Origin: Haliotis rubra
Lineage: Eukaryota
Length of the DNA stretch: 64,000 nucleotides
Assembly: GCF_003918875.1 (NCBI RefSeq)
Contig: NW_025767152.1
Coordinates: 682,001 to 746,000, forward strand
Reading direction: 5' to 3'
How positions within the stretch are numbered: position 1 is the first letter of the stretch; every line of letters starts with the position of its first letter. The position numbers and the translations under genes are program-made. This document shows positions 1 to 12,800 of the stretch, piece by piece. The notes beneath the pieces were generated by a model. The model ran no database searches and was not told the DNA's origin. It saw only the letters and a program-made list of their open reading frames with translations.

Positions 1-1088
1 TATGAATTAAGGTCTGATGTGGCAAATGTATTACATCTTATGTAATATGCGCATGGAAGTGCAGCAAGAGGGATTATCAGCTGAGTTACAAAAACAAACA
101 TCGATCAAAGGATTAACCGATAACACACTGATTGATTAATTGTTTTTATCTTGGACAGTGAATTTGTCAAAAGGTAGTGTTAATGTATGTAGATTTACTA
201 ATCTATACTGAATGCACCCTGTCGTAAAGTGCCTGTGTAAAAACAATGTCCTCCCTTGAAAGGATTAACCGCCAATACCTTGATTGATTGCTCAGTATTG
301 GCTTACTAAATTACTTTGTTAAAGAATGGCGGACATCATGCAATTAGTTGCCATGTGTGCTATCTTAGGTGACCAATCAGACTCTACACCAATGTGAAAA
401 ACCTGAAACGTTATATCACATTTTCGCATATTAGACTGTTACAAGACACATGACACGAAGCAGGATTCTTTGTCAGCTGAAGGTGAATGGCATGTTGTTC
501 CTTTATGTGGATATTGATGGATACATTCCTCGAACAAGGTAGGATAGCCTGACAATGTTGCTGTAACTTTAGTCGGTTTTAATTTTAATATTTGCATTTT
601 CTTTTTATTCATTTGTTGCACGTAGCAGTATACAGAACCATTTTTTCGCCGTGAAGTGTAATACACTAGGTCGTACTTGGGGCGTGTGTGTGACATAACA
701 CATAATCGACGTTGGCAATCTATAAAATGTCTAGATATTACAGTCATGTTATAAATTCACAATAAGTATAAGCAGATCGTGTGAATTTAATTAGGTTTCA
801 AAATGCATACAAATATGATAATAAACTAATTAGGATTATAAGACAAAACATAAAGACGCACACTGACATCGTTATTTTTCAGTCCGAACATTTTTCACCA
901 CTGGCAGATGGTTAAACTTCAAAATGTTTTCATTTGTTATCAAATTAATAAAGACAGAAATATTGTCGAGTAAAAATGATTTCCTCTTTGTTGATTAATC
1001 TATACTTATACTATCAAATGCGCATGCGGGTAGTACAGCAGAGGTCACGAACCAGTCAAGAATTATGGGATATCATCTGGGTACTCAC

Positions 1089-1153
1089 GGGAGAAAAACA
1101 ATAACAAAAGCAACAAACAGTCCAAGGAAATTGCTCTGGATCAGTGCCAACAT
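1089..1153 (-). CDS. Possible first coding exon (signal-peptide-like) of a gene running off the left edge
   Basis: ATG at 1153 reads MLALIQSNFLGLFVAFVIVFL(P) and ends at a strong CC|GTGAGT donor (1083-1088). A second GG|GTGAGT donor near 2005-2010 could close a 5'-UTR exon. No downstream exon identified. Confidence 0.35.
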
Positions 1154-2518
1154 TAGTTGCCTTCTTGCTAATCACAAGAACTGTAAAACGAGTCACTAAA
1201 TTACAAAAGCTGAGTGCGACGCTAAACAAAAATGCCAAAATATTTACTGACTTGTAGTCCCCCTGTGAAGAGCCTCACACATCACCAGGAAATGATGACA
1301 GGAAAATGGGGGTGGGGGGTTCACTGGCCCTAATTTTGTCCTTTTCATGCTTATGATAGCAATTTATCCTTTGAATCAATACTTTCCAGAAATGGGAGTG
1401 TGAAAATCATTAATGTAATGCGAATGAACATTTCAAATATTGTTTCATACCTAGCCAAGTGCCCATGCAAACAAATGAAGCAGTGGTTCACAAGGTGCTA
1501 AAATATGATGAAAAGGCAGCTATATTATTTAAGTATTATTTAAATCAAAACAATACCGACCCAAGCCAGTGAAACAGAAATGTAATGAAACTGCGTTTGA
1601 GAATAAATCTGCGATACATAAATGTCTCCAAATGCTATTTTGAACAGTCAGCTGTAGCAGAAATCATAAGCTTGATCTAAAAATAGATCTTTCTGCATCT
1701 CAGACTGCAGAGCTTGTCATTAACATATGATTAAAAGTCCGATATGTTGAAGTTACATTGTCTTCGATTGACTAAACCAAAAGATAAAAGATACTGCTTT
1801 AACGCGTAAACAAACAAGCACTCATGGTGGGTCGGTCGGTCGGTGCGAGTCACTTCGCAGTGTGAATAAGTCGATCACAACAATGCCTCTGTCAGACGAA
1901 AGAAATCTTGTAACACCTCTTGCAACTACAAACAACGCAACATGCAGCCTTTATTAATTGAACAGGATAATAGTATAATATCGTTCATGAATCAAAAAGA
2001 GTGAACTCACCCAAATTCTCTTTAACACGTTGAAATGTGTGACAGTAAACGTGCAAAATGTCTCTTTCCCGCCCGATGACCGTAAATATTGTTGAGAGGT
2101 CAAGGCCGTAGAACTGCGATGCTTGAACGAGGCTTTACTTCATAGTTACCCCCCTTTGGTCCCTGGGTATAACTGCCTCTCTCCCACAATCTTTTCGTAT
2201 CGGTATCGGATAGTAATGATGTACTTTTAAAAAAAATTATTACCCATTCATTGCAAATATCGATCTTAGTTAAGCAGTGATCGTAAGGATAGTCTTAACG
2301 CTAAGATCGTTTTGAGTGAACTGCTTTATAAATCACAATGTCTATAAATAGGGGGAAACAAATATATTTAACTTAAAACATTATTAGCTGAAGCTTAAAA
2401 CATTCAGATATAAAGGTAGGAATACCTACGAGGGAGGGAGAAGTAATTTATTTATAAATCTTGTTTAGTTTCTTGTTCAGGAATATTCCAATCGGGGTGA
2501 CAGTGAGTACGGACATTA

Positions 2519-2738
2519 TGAGTGAGTGAGCTGAGTTTTACGCCACACACAGCAATATTCCAGCTACATGGCGGCGGTCTGTAAATATTCGAGTCTGGAC
2601 CAGACAATCCAGTGATCAACAGAATTAGCATCGATCTGCGCAATTGGGAACCGATGGCATGTGTCGAGCAAGTCAGCGAGCCTGACCACCCGATCCCGTT
2701 AGTCGCCTCTTACGACAAGCATGGGTTACTGAAGGCAC
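2519..2738 (-). mobile_element. SINE-like family C copy (runs into gap)
   Basis: Matches the ~250-bp repeat also at 13074, 28571, 32543 and 44707, with tail GGAATATTGCTG..GCGTAAAAC + (CTCA)n. Confidence 0.85.
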
Positions 2739-3006
2739 NNNNNNNNNNNNNNNNNNNNNNNNNNNNNNNNNNNNNNNNNNNNNNNNNNNNNNNNNNNNNN
2801 NNNNNNNNNNNNNNNNNNNNNNNNNNNNNNNNNNNNNNNNNNNNNNNNNNNNNNNNNNNNNNNNNNNNNNNNNNNNNNNNNNNNNNNNNNNNNNNNNNNN
2901 NNNNNNNNNNNNNNNNNNNNNNNNNNNNNNNNNNNNNNNNNNNNNNNNNNNNNNNNNNNNNNNNNNNNNNNNNNNNNNNNNNNNNNNNNNNNNNNNNNNN
3001 NNNNNN
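2739..3006. other. Assembly gap (N run)
   Basis: Ns. Confidence 1.
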
Positions 3007-3771
3007 TTGCTGAGTGTGGCGTTATACAACAAACGAACAAAACGTTATACAACAAAACGAACAAAACAAACACATGTAATTACTCTGGCTGAGGGGATAC
3101 CCTGTTAGAATTGGTCCCTAGCAAAGTTTTGGCCATAAGGGGCGACATCGCAGATCGAGTGGTCGGTCCAGGTGACCAGGGTGATCGTCTGTCTTTGTAC
3201 CTGACGGCGCAGGTCGTTGTTGAAGACACAAATCATTGACCAAGACTGGATTTTGTACAGGTCATACAAAAGGAATTGTGCGGCTTTGAACGACCAACAA
3301 ACAAAGCAAAGTACAATGTATGTATTCCTCAAAAACTAACATGACCTATTAATCTTGCCAGTGAAACGATACACCTATAAATGTTTCACAGTTTCAACCT
3401 ACTTCCATGTCATTGATAAACCTACGACCCTTCACCTCCTTGTCGCCATGTCCACCCCACCCCACCCCCCCAATCCCCCAATCCTTACCTTTCCCCGTCC
3501 ATATTTGACATAATAAAGCAGATGAACAACAGCTAGAAAACTCTGTTCCGTCCGTTCATCGACAGGTAAGTATATCCAGTGCCTGTCCAGCCCGTGTTCA
3601 CCGCTCCCGCCCTGTATATTGACACATGATTGACATCCACGACAGGTTGACAGGTATAGCCTCAGTGTAACTAGGCCAATAACCCTTACCTGTTTGTTTT
3701 GCTGGGTCGCTCGGACTGAGTTATATATATTCATAGCTGATACGTAACATCAGCATTTCCCTTTGAGCGAA

Positions 3772-4100
3772 CCGCCTCCGTGGTGTAGTGGTTAGAGCGT
3801 CCGCCCGGAGTGCGGAAGGTCGCGGGTTCGATCCCCGACCGCGTCGTACCAAAAGACGTTAAAATGTGGTACTTGTTGGTCCCTGCCTGGCGCCCAGTAT
3901 TAATGGGGGTCGGCTCGGAGTCAGTATAATGTGTGTGAGTGGGGTATTCATGCTTCACTGCGGCATGGTATCTCAGTGGGCTAGCACTATAAAACCAGCT
4001 TAAGTCTGGGCTAGTACAAGCAGCCGCACATACACATACACCCGCATGCACGTCGTCATATGAGCGAAATATTCTCAAGCACGACGTTAAACCCAATTCC
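3772..4100 (+). mobile_element. tRNA-derived SINE, family A (~330 bp)
   Basis: Pol III A box TGGTGTAGTGG (3781) and B box GGTTCGATCCC (~3825), then a tRNA-unrelated body. Homologous copies at 22624, 33157, 52158 and 62735. Confidence 0.88.
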
Positions 4101-4102
4101 AC

Positions 4103-4253
4103 GCGAGTGAGTATGGTTTTACGCCGTTTTAGCAATATTCCAGCAATAGCACGGCGGGGACACCAAAATGGACTTCACACATTGTATCCATTGAGGAATC
4201 GAACCGGGGTCTTCAGCGTGACGAAAGAACGCTTTAACCACAAGGCTACGCCA
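4103..4253 (-). mobile_element. tRNA-derived SINE, family B (~165 bp)
   Basis: Reverse complement of GTAGCC..GTGGTTAAAGCGTT..GGTTCGATTCC..GCTGGAATATTGCTAAA.CGGCGTAAAACCATACTCACTC. Confidence 0.85.
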
Positions 4254-4440
4254 GTGTTCCGAGTTTGGATTTATTGATGTTCTTTTAAACACGTGTTTTA
4301 TAAGCAGCCTATATACTAGCTAAGTGTCAATATTAATGTTAATCAAACCTGACATACATAACTGCAAGCGCTACTGAATTGTAATTGGATATCACGAATA
4401 TAGGATATATCCACATCCAAAAACCCCATAATGTTCGGAG

Positions 4441-4660
4441 ACCCATGACAGTGTAGGTTAGAATTGGTCTTCAGCAACCCGCGCTTGTTGTAAGAACCGC
4501 CTAAGGGGATGGGTGGTCATATCATCGTATCCCAATTGCGTAGATTGATGCTCGTGATGTTGATCACTGGAGTGTCTGACCCAGACTCGATTATTTGCAG
4601 ACCGTCGACATATAGCTGGAATACTGCTCAGCGCGACGTTAAACAAGAAACGAACTGACC
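4441..4660 (+). mobile_element. SINE-like family C copy (diverged)
   Basis: GGTTAGAATTGGTCTTCAGCAACCC..GATCACTGG..CCAGACTCGATTATTT..GCTGGAATACTGCT. Confidence 0.8.
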
Positions 4661-5029
4661 AGTCGGTCTCCCAAAACGCAGACCTCCCCAAACGCAGACC
4701 CGTTAAAACAACACTTGTTATGGTTGGTTGCATCCGTGATTAGTAGGCTGTACCCTTGATTAAGAATCACCCATATTACGAGTTTTGACAATGTAGCAAG
4801 TGATCCTTTATTTCATCAATATTTATTTAATCAATAATATTTAAGAAGTATAAAAAATATTCATCTAGGTGACCTGATAAGAATAATATTTTACCAGAAA
4901 CATGGCATACATATTTTAAAGATGCATTTAATCCTGTATCACGTGGTGACTGTGACCAGGAGTGGGATGTTTGTATTGGAAACTATATTACTGAACATAG
5001 TTATGAACATTATATGCTGATTGTGTAAA

Positions 5030-5253
5030 TGATGAACTGTCTTACTCTATAACAATTACTATAGACAATGCTAAGCTGAATACTGACTGACTGAATGAGT
5101 TTGGTTTTACGCCGCTTTTAGCAATATTCCAGCAACAACACGGCGGGGGACACCAGAAATGGGCTTCACACATAGTACCCATGTGGGGATTCAAACCCAG
5201 GTCTTCGGTGTGACGAGCGAACGCTTTAACCACTAGGCTACCCCAACGTCCCA
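5030..5253 (-). mobile_element. Family B SINE with ~55-bp 3' extension
   Basis: Near-identical inverted partner of 13357-13583, including the extension beyond the (CAGT)n tail. Confidence 0.85.
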
Positions 5254-6287
5254 CATTGGAGTATATTTATTTCTAAAAAAAATGCAGAAAATGAAAAAGG
5301 ATTTTGTGCGGCTTGGATAATGGTATGCCCTAAGATAATACTATAGAATAGAATTGGATGATCTCGTTTTAACCAACATTCAAAGATTTGGATTGCTTGA
5401 CTTATATTTAGACGGGACTGTTTTAATCTTTCAAAAACACTGTGTCCAGATATTCAGGCTGGCACTGTTTACAATATATTGAGAGCTGACATTTGTGACC
5501 CTTCAGTCAGTAGCTTGAACCCTTCGCGTCATGTATGAACAGTGAAAACATTAGAATAAGTTATGTCCTTATGATTACGTCATCTTAAAGGGGTGTTGGT
5601 AGTGTCTCCAAAACAAGCTCTTTCAGTAAACATGTAGGCTGTTTCACTTTAAAAACGAGTGTAGTTTCTAACTGCTTTTTTATGCACTTTAATTATCTAA
5701 GTTTGATTCTACTATTCAAGCGTACTTCTACCTATCTCCAACACACAAAAAAAATGTTTCTTGCACATTTTGTTTCCCGAAGTTTGTGGTGCATTTATTG
5801 CAGATATTGAGTTTTTTGGGGGTAGATAAAAGATAAAAGAGTCAAACAAATTGGGGATCGTGAGGCTGAAACGTAGCTAAACCAATTTGTTTGAGGTTGA
5901 CAAATAATATGTTGAACAATAAAACATAACAAAACAGCTATCATTTTTTAAGTGAGGCCGATTACTTTTTGACCGACTCTCGTATTAGAAAACAGCATCC
6001 TGAACATAATTTATAGAAGCAGACCATGAATAAAGTTCTCAATTCGAATATTGTGTGAGAACATATAAAATAACGTTTTTCTATCACAAAAGTTCATATA
6101 CGATATTATCGCTAACACAATTTAGATATCGATAATCATTAATAGTATTTCCCATCGACGATATTCCCGATTATCGGTTATTTAAGCCTGCCATAAACAC
6201 ATCGCATCACAGTTCTAGGCAACCGTTTACTCAACCACGGGCCGGGTTTTCTGTGCATATGTACATAGTGCTTGTTCTGTCCATCAT

Positions 6288-6604
6288 GGGGGTGATGGGT
6301 AGCTCAGTGGTTAAAGCGTTCGCTCTTCACGTCGAAGACCCGGGTTCACACAGGTGCGTGTCACGCTTAGAAACAGCGTTAGAAAGACATATAGGGCCCT
6401 ACCCTAGTATACTATATAAAATGATAGTACTAGGTTAGGGTCTATATACCTATATGTCTTTCTAACGCTGTTTCTAAGTGTGACACGCCCCTGCGCATGT
6501 TCAATTCCCCACATGGGTTCAATGTGTGAAGCCCATTGCTGGTGTCCCCGTCATGATATTGCTGGAATATTGCTAAAAACAGCGTAAAACCCACTCACTC
6601 ACTC
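6288..6604 (+). mobile_element. Family B SINE interrupted in its B box by a palindromic MITE
   Basis: Head at 6288-6348, body resumes GTTCAATTCCCCACATGGG at ~6499. Confidence 0.85.
6351..6493. mobile_element. Palindromic MITE (143 bp)
   Basis: 45-bp terminal inverted repeats CAGG(T/G)GCGTGTCAC(G/A)CTTAGAAACAGCGTTAGAAAGACATATAGG with 2 mismatches, plus an inner stem. Confidence 0.85.
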
Positions 6605-6929
6605 TGTACATCATGTACAGTACACATGAAGATCCGGGTTAGAATTGGTCTTCAGCAACAGATGTTCATGGCATAGTGGTATGTAATCGAGATATTAACA
6701 GCTAGCAATTCTGTATTCAGCCCCAAATTGATTAATATTTGTTAACAAATGAGGTTAATTGTTGTGGACTATTTCACTCACACCGACAGTATCAATTTGT
6801 CATTTAATTTTCAAGAGTACATGCATGCAACAACAACATCTGTTGAGGATGTCTTTGTGTTGTAAGGGGCGACTGTTGTGGAAAGCCATAACTTTGAACG
6901 TTCATGTTGGTATTTATAAAGATAAAGCT

Positions 6930-7175
6930 ACATCATCATCATCATCAACGCGCTTGTCATCGTCGTCGTCATCATCATCGTAATCATGATCATCATCGCG
7001 CATGACATCGTCGTCGTCATCATCATCATCATCATTATAATCATAATCATCATCGCGCATGTCATCGTCGTCGTCATCATCATCATCATATTCATAATCA
7101 TTGCGCATGTCATCGCCATCTTCTTCATCATCATGGCGCATGTCATCGTCGTCGTCATCATCATCATAACCATCA
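6930..7175. repeat. Compound (ATC)n/(GTC)n microsatellite with ~42-48 bp higher-order unit
   Basis: Repeated CGCATGTCATCGTCGTCGTCATCATCATC. Confidence 0.9.
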
Positions 7176-8700
7176 CCTGGCATGTTCATGATTGACTCCA
7201 ATGACTGGCGACAACAACCACAGCACCCCTTTAGCTGACATTTTGGTACCCAGAATATTAATCTGTAAGCAAATCTGTTGAAACTATCGGTGTCCGTCGT
7301 TTGCAATAGATAGGCATTAACAGACTTCCACTTGCGAGATACTATATATCACTCATGTGATGACCAAGAGCCATGGGATAAGAGGCGACTATATGGATCG
7401 CTTGGTTCAGGCTACGTGATTTAGTTGACTATATATGATGCTCATGATGTCAATCTCTGGGTTGTCTGGCGAAGACTTGATTATCAACTGACGTTGTCAT
7501 AATCATCACCACCATCCGATGAAGCCAACAACTACATCGACGACCACTGAAAGAGTGCACATTAGTGAGCTTTTAATTCGCCACAGACCGATTTCCTCAA
7601 TGAATGTTTTATAAACCTGTCAGTTTTTCAGTTTTAGTTTCGTTTTCTGTTTTGTATAGATCTTCAAGATTGTGTATATAACAAGGAAATGCACGAGGAT
7701 TCAGCGCTTAAATGATCAAAATGAAAAATAGCTTTGAGTAGTGCACGTGCTTAATGTTTAGAATGGATTTCCACGGGGTAGCAATTATTTCCCTTAGAAC
7801 CCAAATGCTGGTCCTGAGAGTTGAACGAATTGTGGTACCGATGAAGTTCAACGTAAATGAAAAATGCATCTCACGAAACCCATGCAACCTGCGACAGGAT
7901 GCACCTGACTTACTCGATACATGTCATCGTACCCCAGTTACGGAGATCAATCCTCACGATGTCAAACACAGGATTATCTGGTTCAGCTTCGATTATTTAC
8001 GGACAGAATCAACACAATTGATTCAGAGCGGCGTTAAAGAACCCCCAAATCCCCACAATTCTGCTTTCACATTTTCACATTGATGATAAATAGAACTATT
8101 TATGCTTAGACACAAAACAACGTACTACTAAATATTTGAGTAAATTTTGAATGCGGCGGTTAAAAAATATAAATTTAATCACTGAACATTATGCTTATGT
8201 CGTGTCAATCGGTCACACACGCCCTACAGAATAAATTAAGAAAGGAGCTCATCTCCAATCTAGAACGGTCGGGCAAGTCGCATGCGTGATGACATGTAGA
8301 ATTATTATTAACTCCTTTTGGATTATTCATTATAGATCTATATTTAAAAAATAATTCACCTTTATCTCTTCTTAATGACTGTCCAATGGATCATGTAATG
8401 AATCAGTTGTATTATGAATAATACATAGAAAGTAGACTTATTAGCATTTGATTAAAGCAATTAAAATGTATAGAATATGCATGTAAACATTAAATGTTGA
8501 AAGTGAACCATACTATAACACAGCAGGAGAATTAAGAAATTCTAATAATTACCTACTTAGCTAAATGTTAGAAATGGTCAAATATGAGTATCAATTCGTT
8601 TGCGTTTGTCCGAAGCATTCTGTCACCAATTGTGCATTCACAAAATATTATTGACTTAGGGACCGTTCATTATGGCTAGGGGTAAAATGGAGGGGAGGTG

Positions 8701-8866
8701 NNNNNNNNNNNNNNNNNNNNNNNNNNNNNNNNNNNNNNNNNNNNNNNNNNNNNNNNNNNNNNNNNNNNNNNNNNNNNNNNNNNNNNNNNNNNNNNNNNNN
8801 NNNNNNNNNNNNNNNNNNNNNNNNNNNNNNNNNNNNNNNNNNNNNNNNNNNNNNNNNNNNNNNNNN
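8701..8866. other. Assembly gap (N run)
   Basis: Ns. Confidence 1.
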
Positions 8867-9717
8867 CCCATTTTGTTCTGGGGGGAGGTGTGTGGGGGCA
8901 CTTACTTTGTACATAAAGTTTAGTTAGGAGAGGGGAGTGCCATTCACATTGTACATTCTTCTCCATAAGAATCATCATCACACGCTAGCCATAAAATTTA
9001 AAAGCATCATGGACAGTAAAATTGCACTAGTTTCTAAGATAATTATTTTTGGTTTAAACGAAAATTTCGATACAAATTATAAAAACCAGAATGGCGTCCT
9101 CAGACTGTCCGCTTATCTAGACTTGCCATTTTTGAAATATTTATTATACATGCATGGGCGCCAGGCTACATGGAACATCCGCCAGTATGGATATCGTGTT
9201 AGCTCACGCTCTCTAGGACCAGCTATATCGTGAAAACATTAACACAAAAACATATTGATTTGTGACAAGCTTTGAGGTATGGTGCTTGTTAATCACATGA
9301 TTTCCAAGGCTAAATAAGATCACTGCCACTGCGCTAGTCTGTCTCACAGTCCCTGAACCACATTATTTCCCTAGGTAATGCATTGCCCTCCCTGCAATGC
9401 TAAAACTGTAATTGAAGCAAGTCTAGATTTCCTCAGGCTCCAAACTCACTGGGGATCCTTTTCAGTTTAAATGTATTTATTTGTTACAATCGAAATAATG
9501 TATATTCAGGGACTAAGCATTAGTCTACCATTGCGCCAGCTTCTATTACGCGGACATAAATGTGACATTTAGCAAGGCCAGGTAAACGAGGATTTTACTC
9601 CCGCTTCTACCAACTTGAACGAAAGCGTCTGTCTTCGTTACTTCCGCAATACAGCGCTGTATCTAGGTCGCAAGTTGTGTTTTGAAACTTGATACCAGTT
9701 ACCACGGCGATCTAACG

Positions 9718-9826
9718 ATGCCACGCAAACGCAAAAGCTTGGCTCCTCTAGCTGGTCAACCCAAGGCAAAGAAACAGTCTAAAGGGAAACATGTTAAGGC
9801 CAAACCAAGAGCGGAAGAAAAAAAAG
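9718..9826 (+). CDS. UNG: UNG exon 1 (basic, NLS-like N-terminus MPRKRKSLAPLAGQPKAKKQSKGKHVKAKPRAEEKK)
   Basis: ATG at 9718; AAG|GTAGAT donor, phase 1, matches exon-2 acceptor TTCAG|CA. Confidence 0.75.
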
Positions 9827-12800
9827 GTAGATAATGTCGAAACTCACGATGCACCACCCAGCCATTGATCACTGACTACAAGTACAAGCGTTTTACCGGC
9901 AATATCCATCGTTCGTTGACGTACACTGCTTTGAACAAGTCGTGGCATGACCAACACATAAATCGATTTCAACTGTTGAAGTATGCTTGTTTCGTAATGA
10001 AAATGTGACTGCAATAATACTCTGTTGACACAAGGAGACATATACTATATGATATAGAGCGAGTGTGAACTACCGTATTGCCCATAATAAGCTAATTTTT
10101 CTTTTCATTTAATTTCCTGCTCACCTGTGTTTGGAAATGACCCAGGTGTATGGGGAGAGAATCTTATAGGCTCTCAGTAATCCTGAAGGGGTCGTAGTCG
10201 GCTCAGGTACTTACACATATGTACCCCAGGTACGTTTCTGTATACAGACCTGTACCCTAAACAAAGTCAAATTTATACAGAAACGTAATGGTACCCTAAA
10301 GGAGGACGAATCTATATATTCCGCAACCCAAAACCGAAACTGTATGTAGTTGATCCCGTTCAATTTATTGCATTAGGTATTCTGTAGTCATTCAGTAAAT
10401 AATCCAGTCTGGACCAGACAATCCGGTGATCAACAGCATGGATGGAGGGGGCTGGTTTGATGAAGTAGCAATATGTTTTTTGTTTTTAATGAATTATATA
10501 CATATAAAATGACTAGTGAATTAAATCAGTACATTTGAATGAGTGGGTTTATAGTTTTGTGCCGCACTCAGCAATATTCCAGCTATATGGCAGCGGTCTG
10601 TAAACATTTTCAGGTAGCCAGGTTTCAGCAGTAAATACCAGTACTGTGAACCTCAAATAAATGTTGTGGAGTCAGGTTTTTATGGGTGTTTGTTTTGAAG
10701 TGCCCCACCCCCACCCCCACCTCTCCTCCCTCCCCTTTGAAAATGAGTAAAGACCACATTGAAGTTGATGTTTTGCACACACACACACACATGTACACGC
10801 CCCCCATGTGGTAAATTGAACCCGAGGTTTCAGCAGGAAGAGCAGATGCTTTAACCATTAGGCTACCCCACCACCCCCAAAAATGCTTGGAAAAGGTTGA
10901 ATGGGCATAAAAGTAAACCAACAATTATTTTGTTCCTTAAACATGTTGATGCATGCCCTGGTAGCATTGATGAATGAATGCTCATGATGTTAATCACTGG
11001 ATTGTATAGTCCAGACATAATGCTTTACATGTTTAGCAAGAATATTGTTGGCTGTGGCATTAAACAAACAAACAAGCAACCTTTGAGCAAAAGGTTAACA
11101 TTTTAAGATAAAAATAGTGTGTATTGTAAAAGTGTCCTTGATTAATTCTGGACGATGTAGGTTCCTAGTTAATGTGATATGACCTTGACCACTCTGTCTT
11201 GCACACAATACCTTCCATGGGGCATCATTTAAAGATTTACAGCCGATTTCCTCTTAATTGTACCCTAGTAATACCATGAAAATATGGAAAAACTGAAGTC
11301 TCTCTTAGGATGTTAAACATGTCTAAAAGAAGTTAAATTGCCATACTCTGATCATGTTTTCCTCGTTTCCTCTTCAGCACCTGTAAAAGTGGCAGAAGCG
11401 AAAGCAAGCATGTCATCATCATTTGACCTGAAGTCCCTTCTAACGGAAAGCAGCTGGACAAAAGCCTTACAGGAAGTGTTCAAAGAGCAGTATTTTGAAG
11501 ACCTCCAGAAACAGCTTGAGCAAGATTATTCAGGAGCAAAGCAGATCTTTCCTCCAAAAGAAAAGATTTTTAATGCTTTTAACCTGACCCCAATTGACGA
11601 GGTAAACATTTTTGTGAAAGTGTGAAGTTAGATCATAGATCTGAGTCTGTAAAGGCGTCAGATTTGTTGAACTAAAACTTTAATTGATAATCTGAAAATA
11701 TTTTGAAATATTGGGTGGTTAAATTGTCCTTAATTGATAATCTGAAAATATTTTGAAATATTGGGTGGTTAAATTGTCCTTAATTGATAGTCTGAAAATA
11801 TTTTGAAATATTGGGTGGTTAAATTGTCCTTAATTGATAATCTGAAAATATTTTGAAATATTGGGTGGTTAAATTGTCCTTAATTGATAATCTGAAAATA
11901 TTTTGAAATATTGGGTGGTTAAATTGTCCTTAATTGATAATCTGAAAATATTTTGAAATATTGGGTGGTTAAATTGTCCTTAATTGATCGAATCTGAAAA
12001 TATTTTGAAATATTGGGTGGTTAAATTGTCCTTAATTGATAATCTGAAAATATTTTGAAATATTGGGTGGTTAAATTGTCCTTAATTGATAATCTGAAAA
12101 TATTTTGAAATATTGGGTGGTTAAATTGTCCTTAATTGATAATCTGAAAATATTTTGAAATATTAGATTGGTTAAATTGTCCTTAATTGATAGTCTGAAA
12201 ATATTTTGAAATATTGGGTGGTTAAATTGTCCTTAATTGATAATCTGAAAATATTTTGAAATATTGGGTGGTTAAATTGTCCTTAATTGATAATCTGAAA
12301 ATATTTTGAAATATTGGGTGGTTAAATTGTCCTTAATTGATAATCTGAAAATATTTTGAAATATTGGGTGGTTAAATTGTCCTTAATTGATAGTCTGAAA
12401 ATATTTTGAAATATTGGGTGGTTAAATTGTCCTTAATTGATAATCTGAAAATATTTTGAAATATTGGGTGGTTAAATTGTCCTTAATTGATAATCTGAAA
12501 ATATTTTGAAATATTGGGTGGTTAAATTGTCCTTAATTGATAATCTGAAAATATTTTGAAATATTGGGTGGTTAAATTGTCCTTAATTGATAGTCTGAAA
12601 AAATTATGAAATATTGGTTGGTTAAATTGTCCTTAATTGATAGTCTGAAAATATTTTGAAATATTGGGTGGTTAAATTGTCCTTAATTGATAGTCTGAAA
12701 ATATTTTGAAATATTGGGTGGTTAAATTGTCCTTAATTGATAATCTGAAAATATTTTGAAATATTGGGTGGTTAAATTGTCCTTAATTGATAGTCTGAAA

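Noticed and set aside
3772-3845. tRNA genes suggested by A/B boxes here and at 13357, 23530 and other copies
   Set aside because: They run directly into multi-copy SINE bodies and tails with no T-run terminator; they are SINE heads
6914-7306. Poly-Asp, poly-Met and poly-Ile ORFs
   Set aside because: Translations of a trinucleotide microsatellite open in several frames; no splice or homology support
2612-8981. ORFs containing X runs
   Set aside because: Artifacts of translating through the two N gaps
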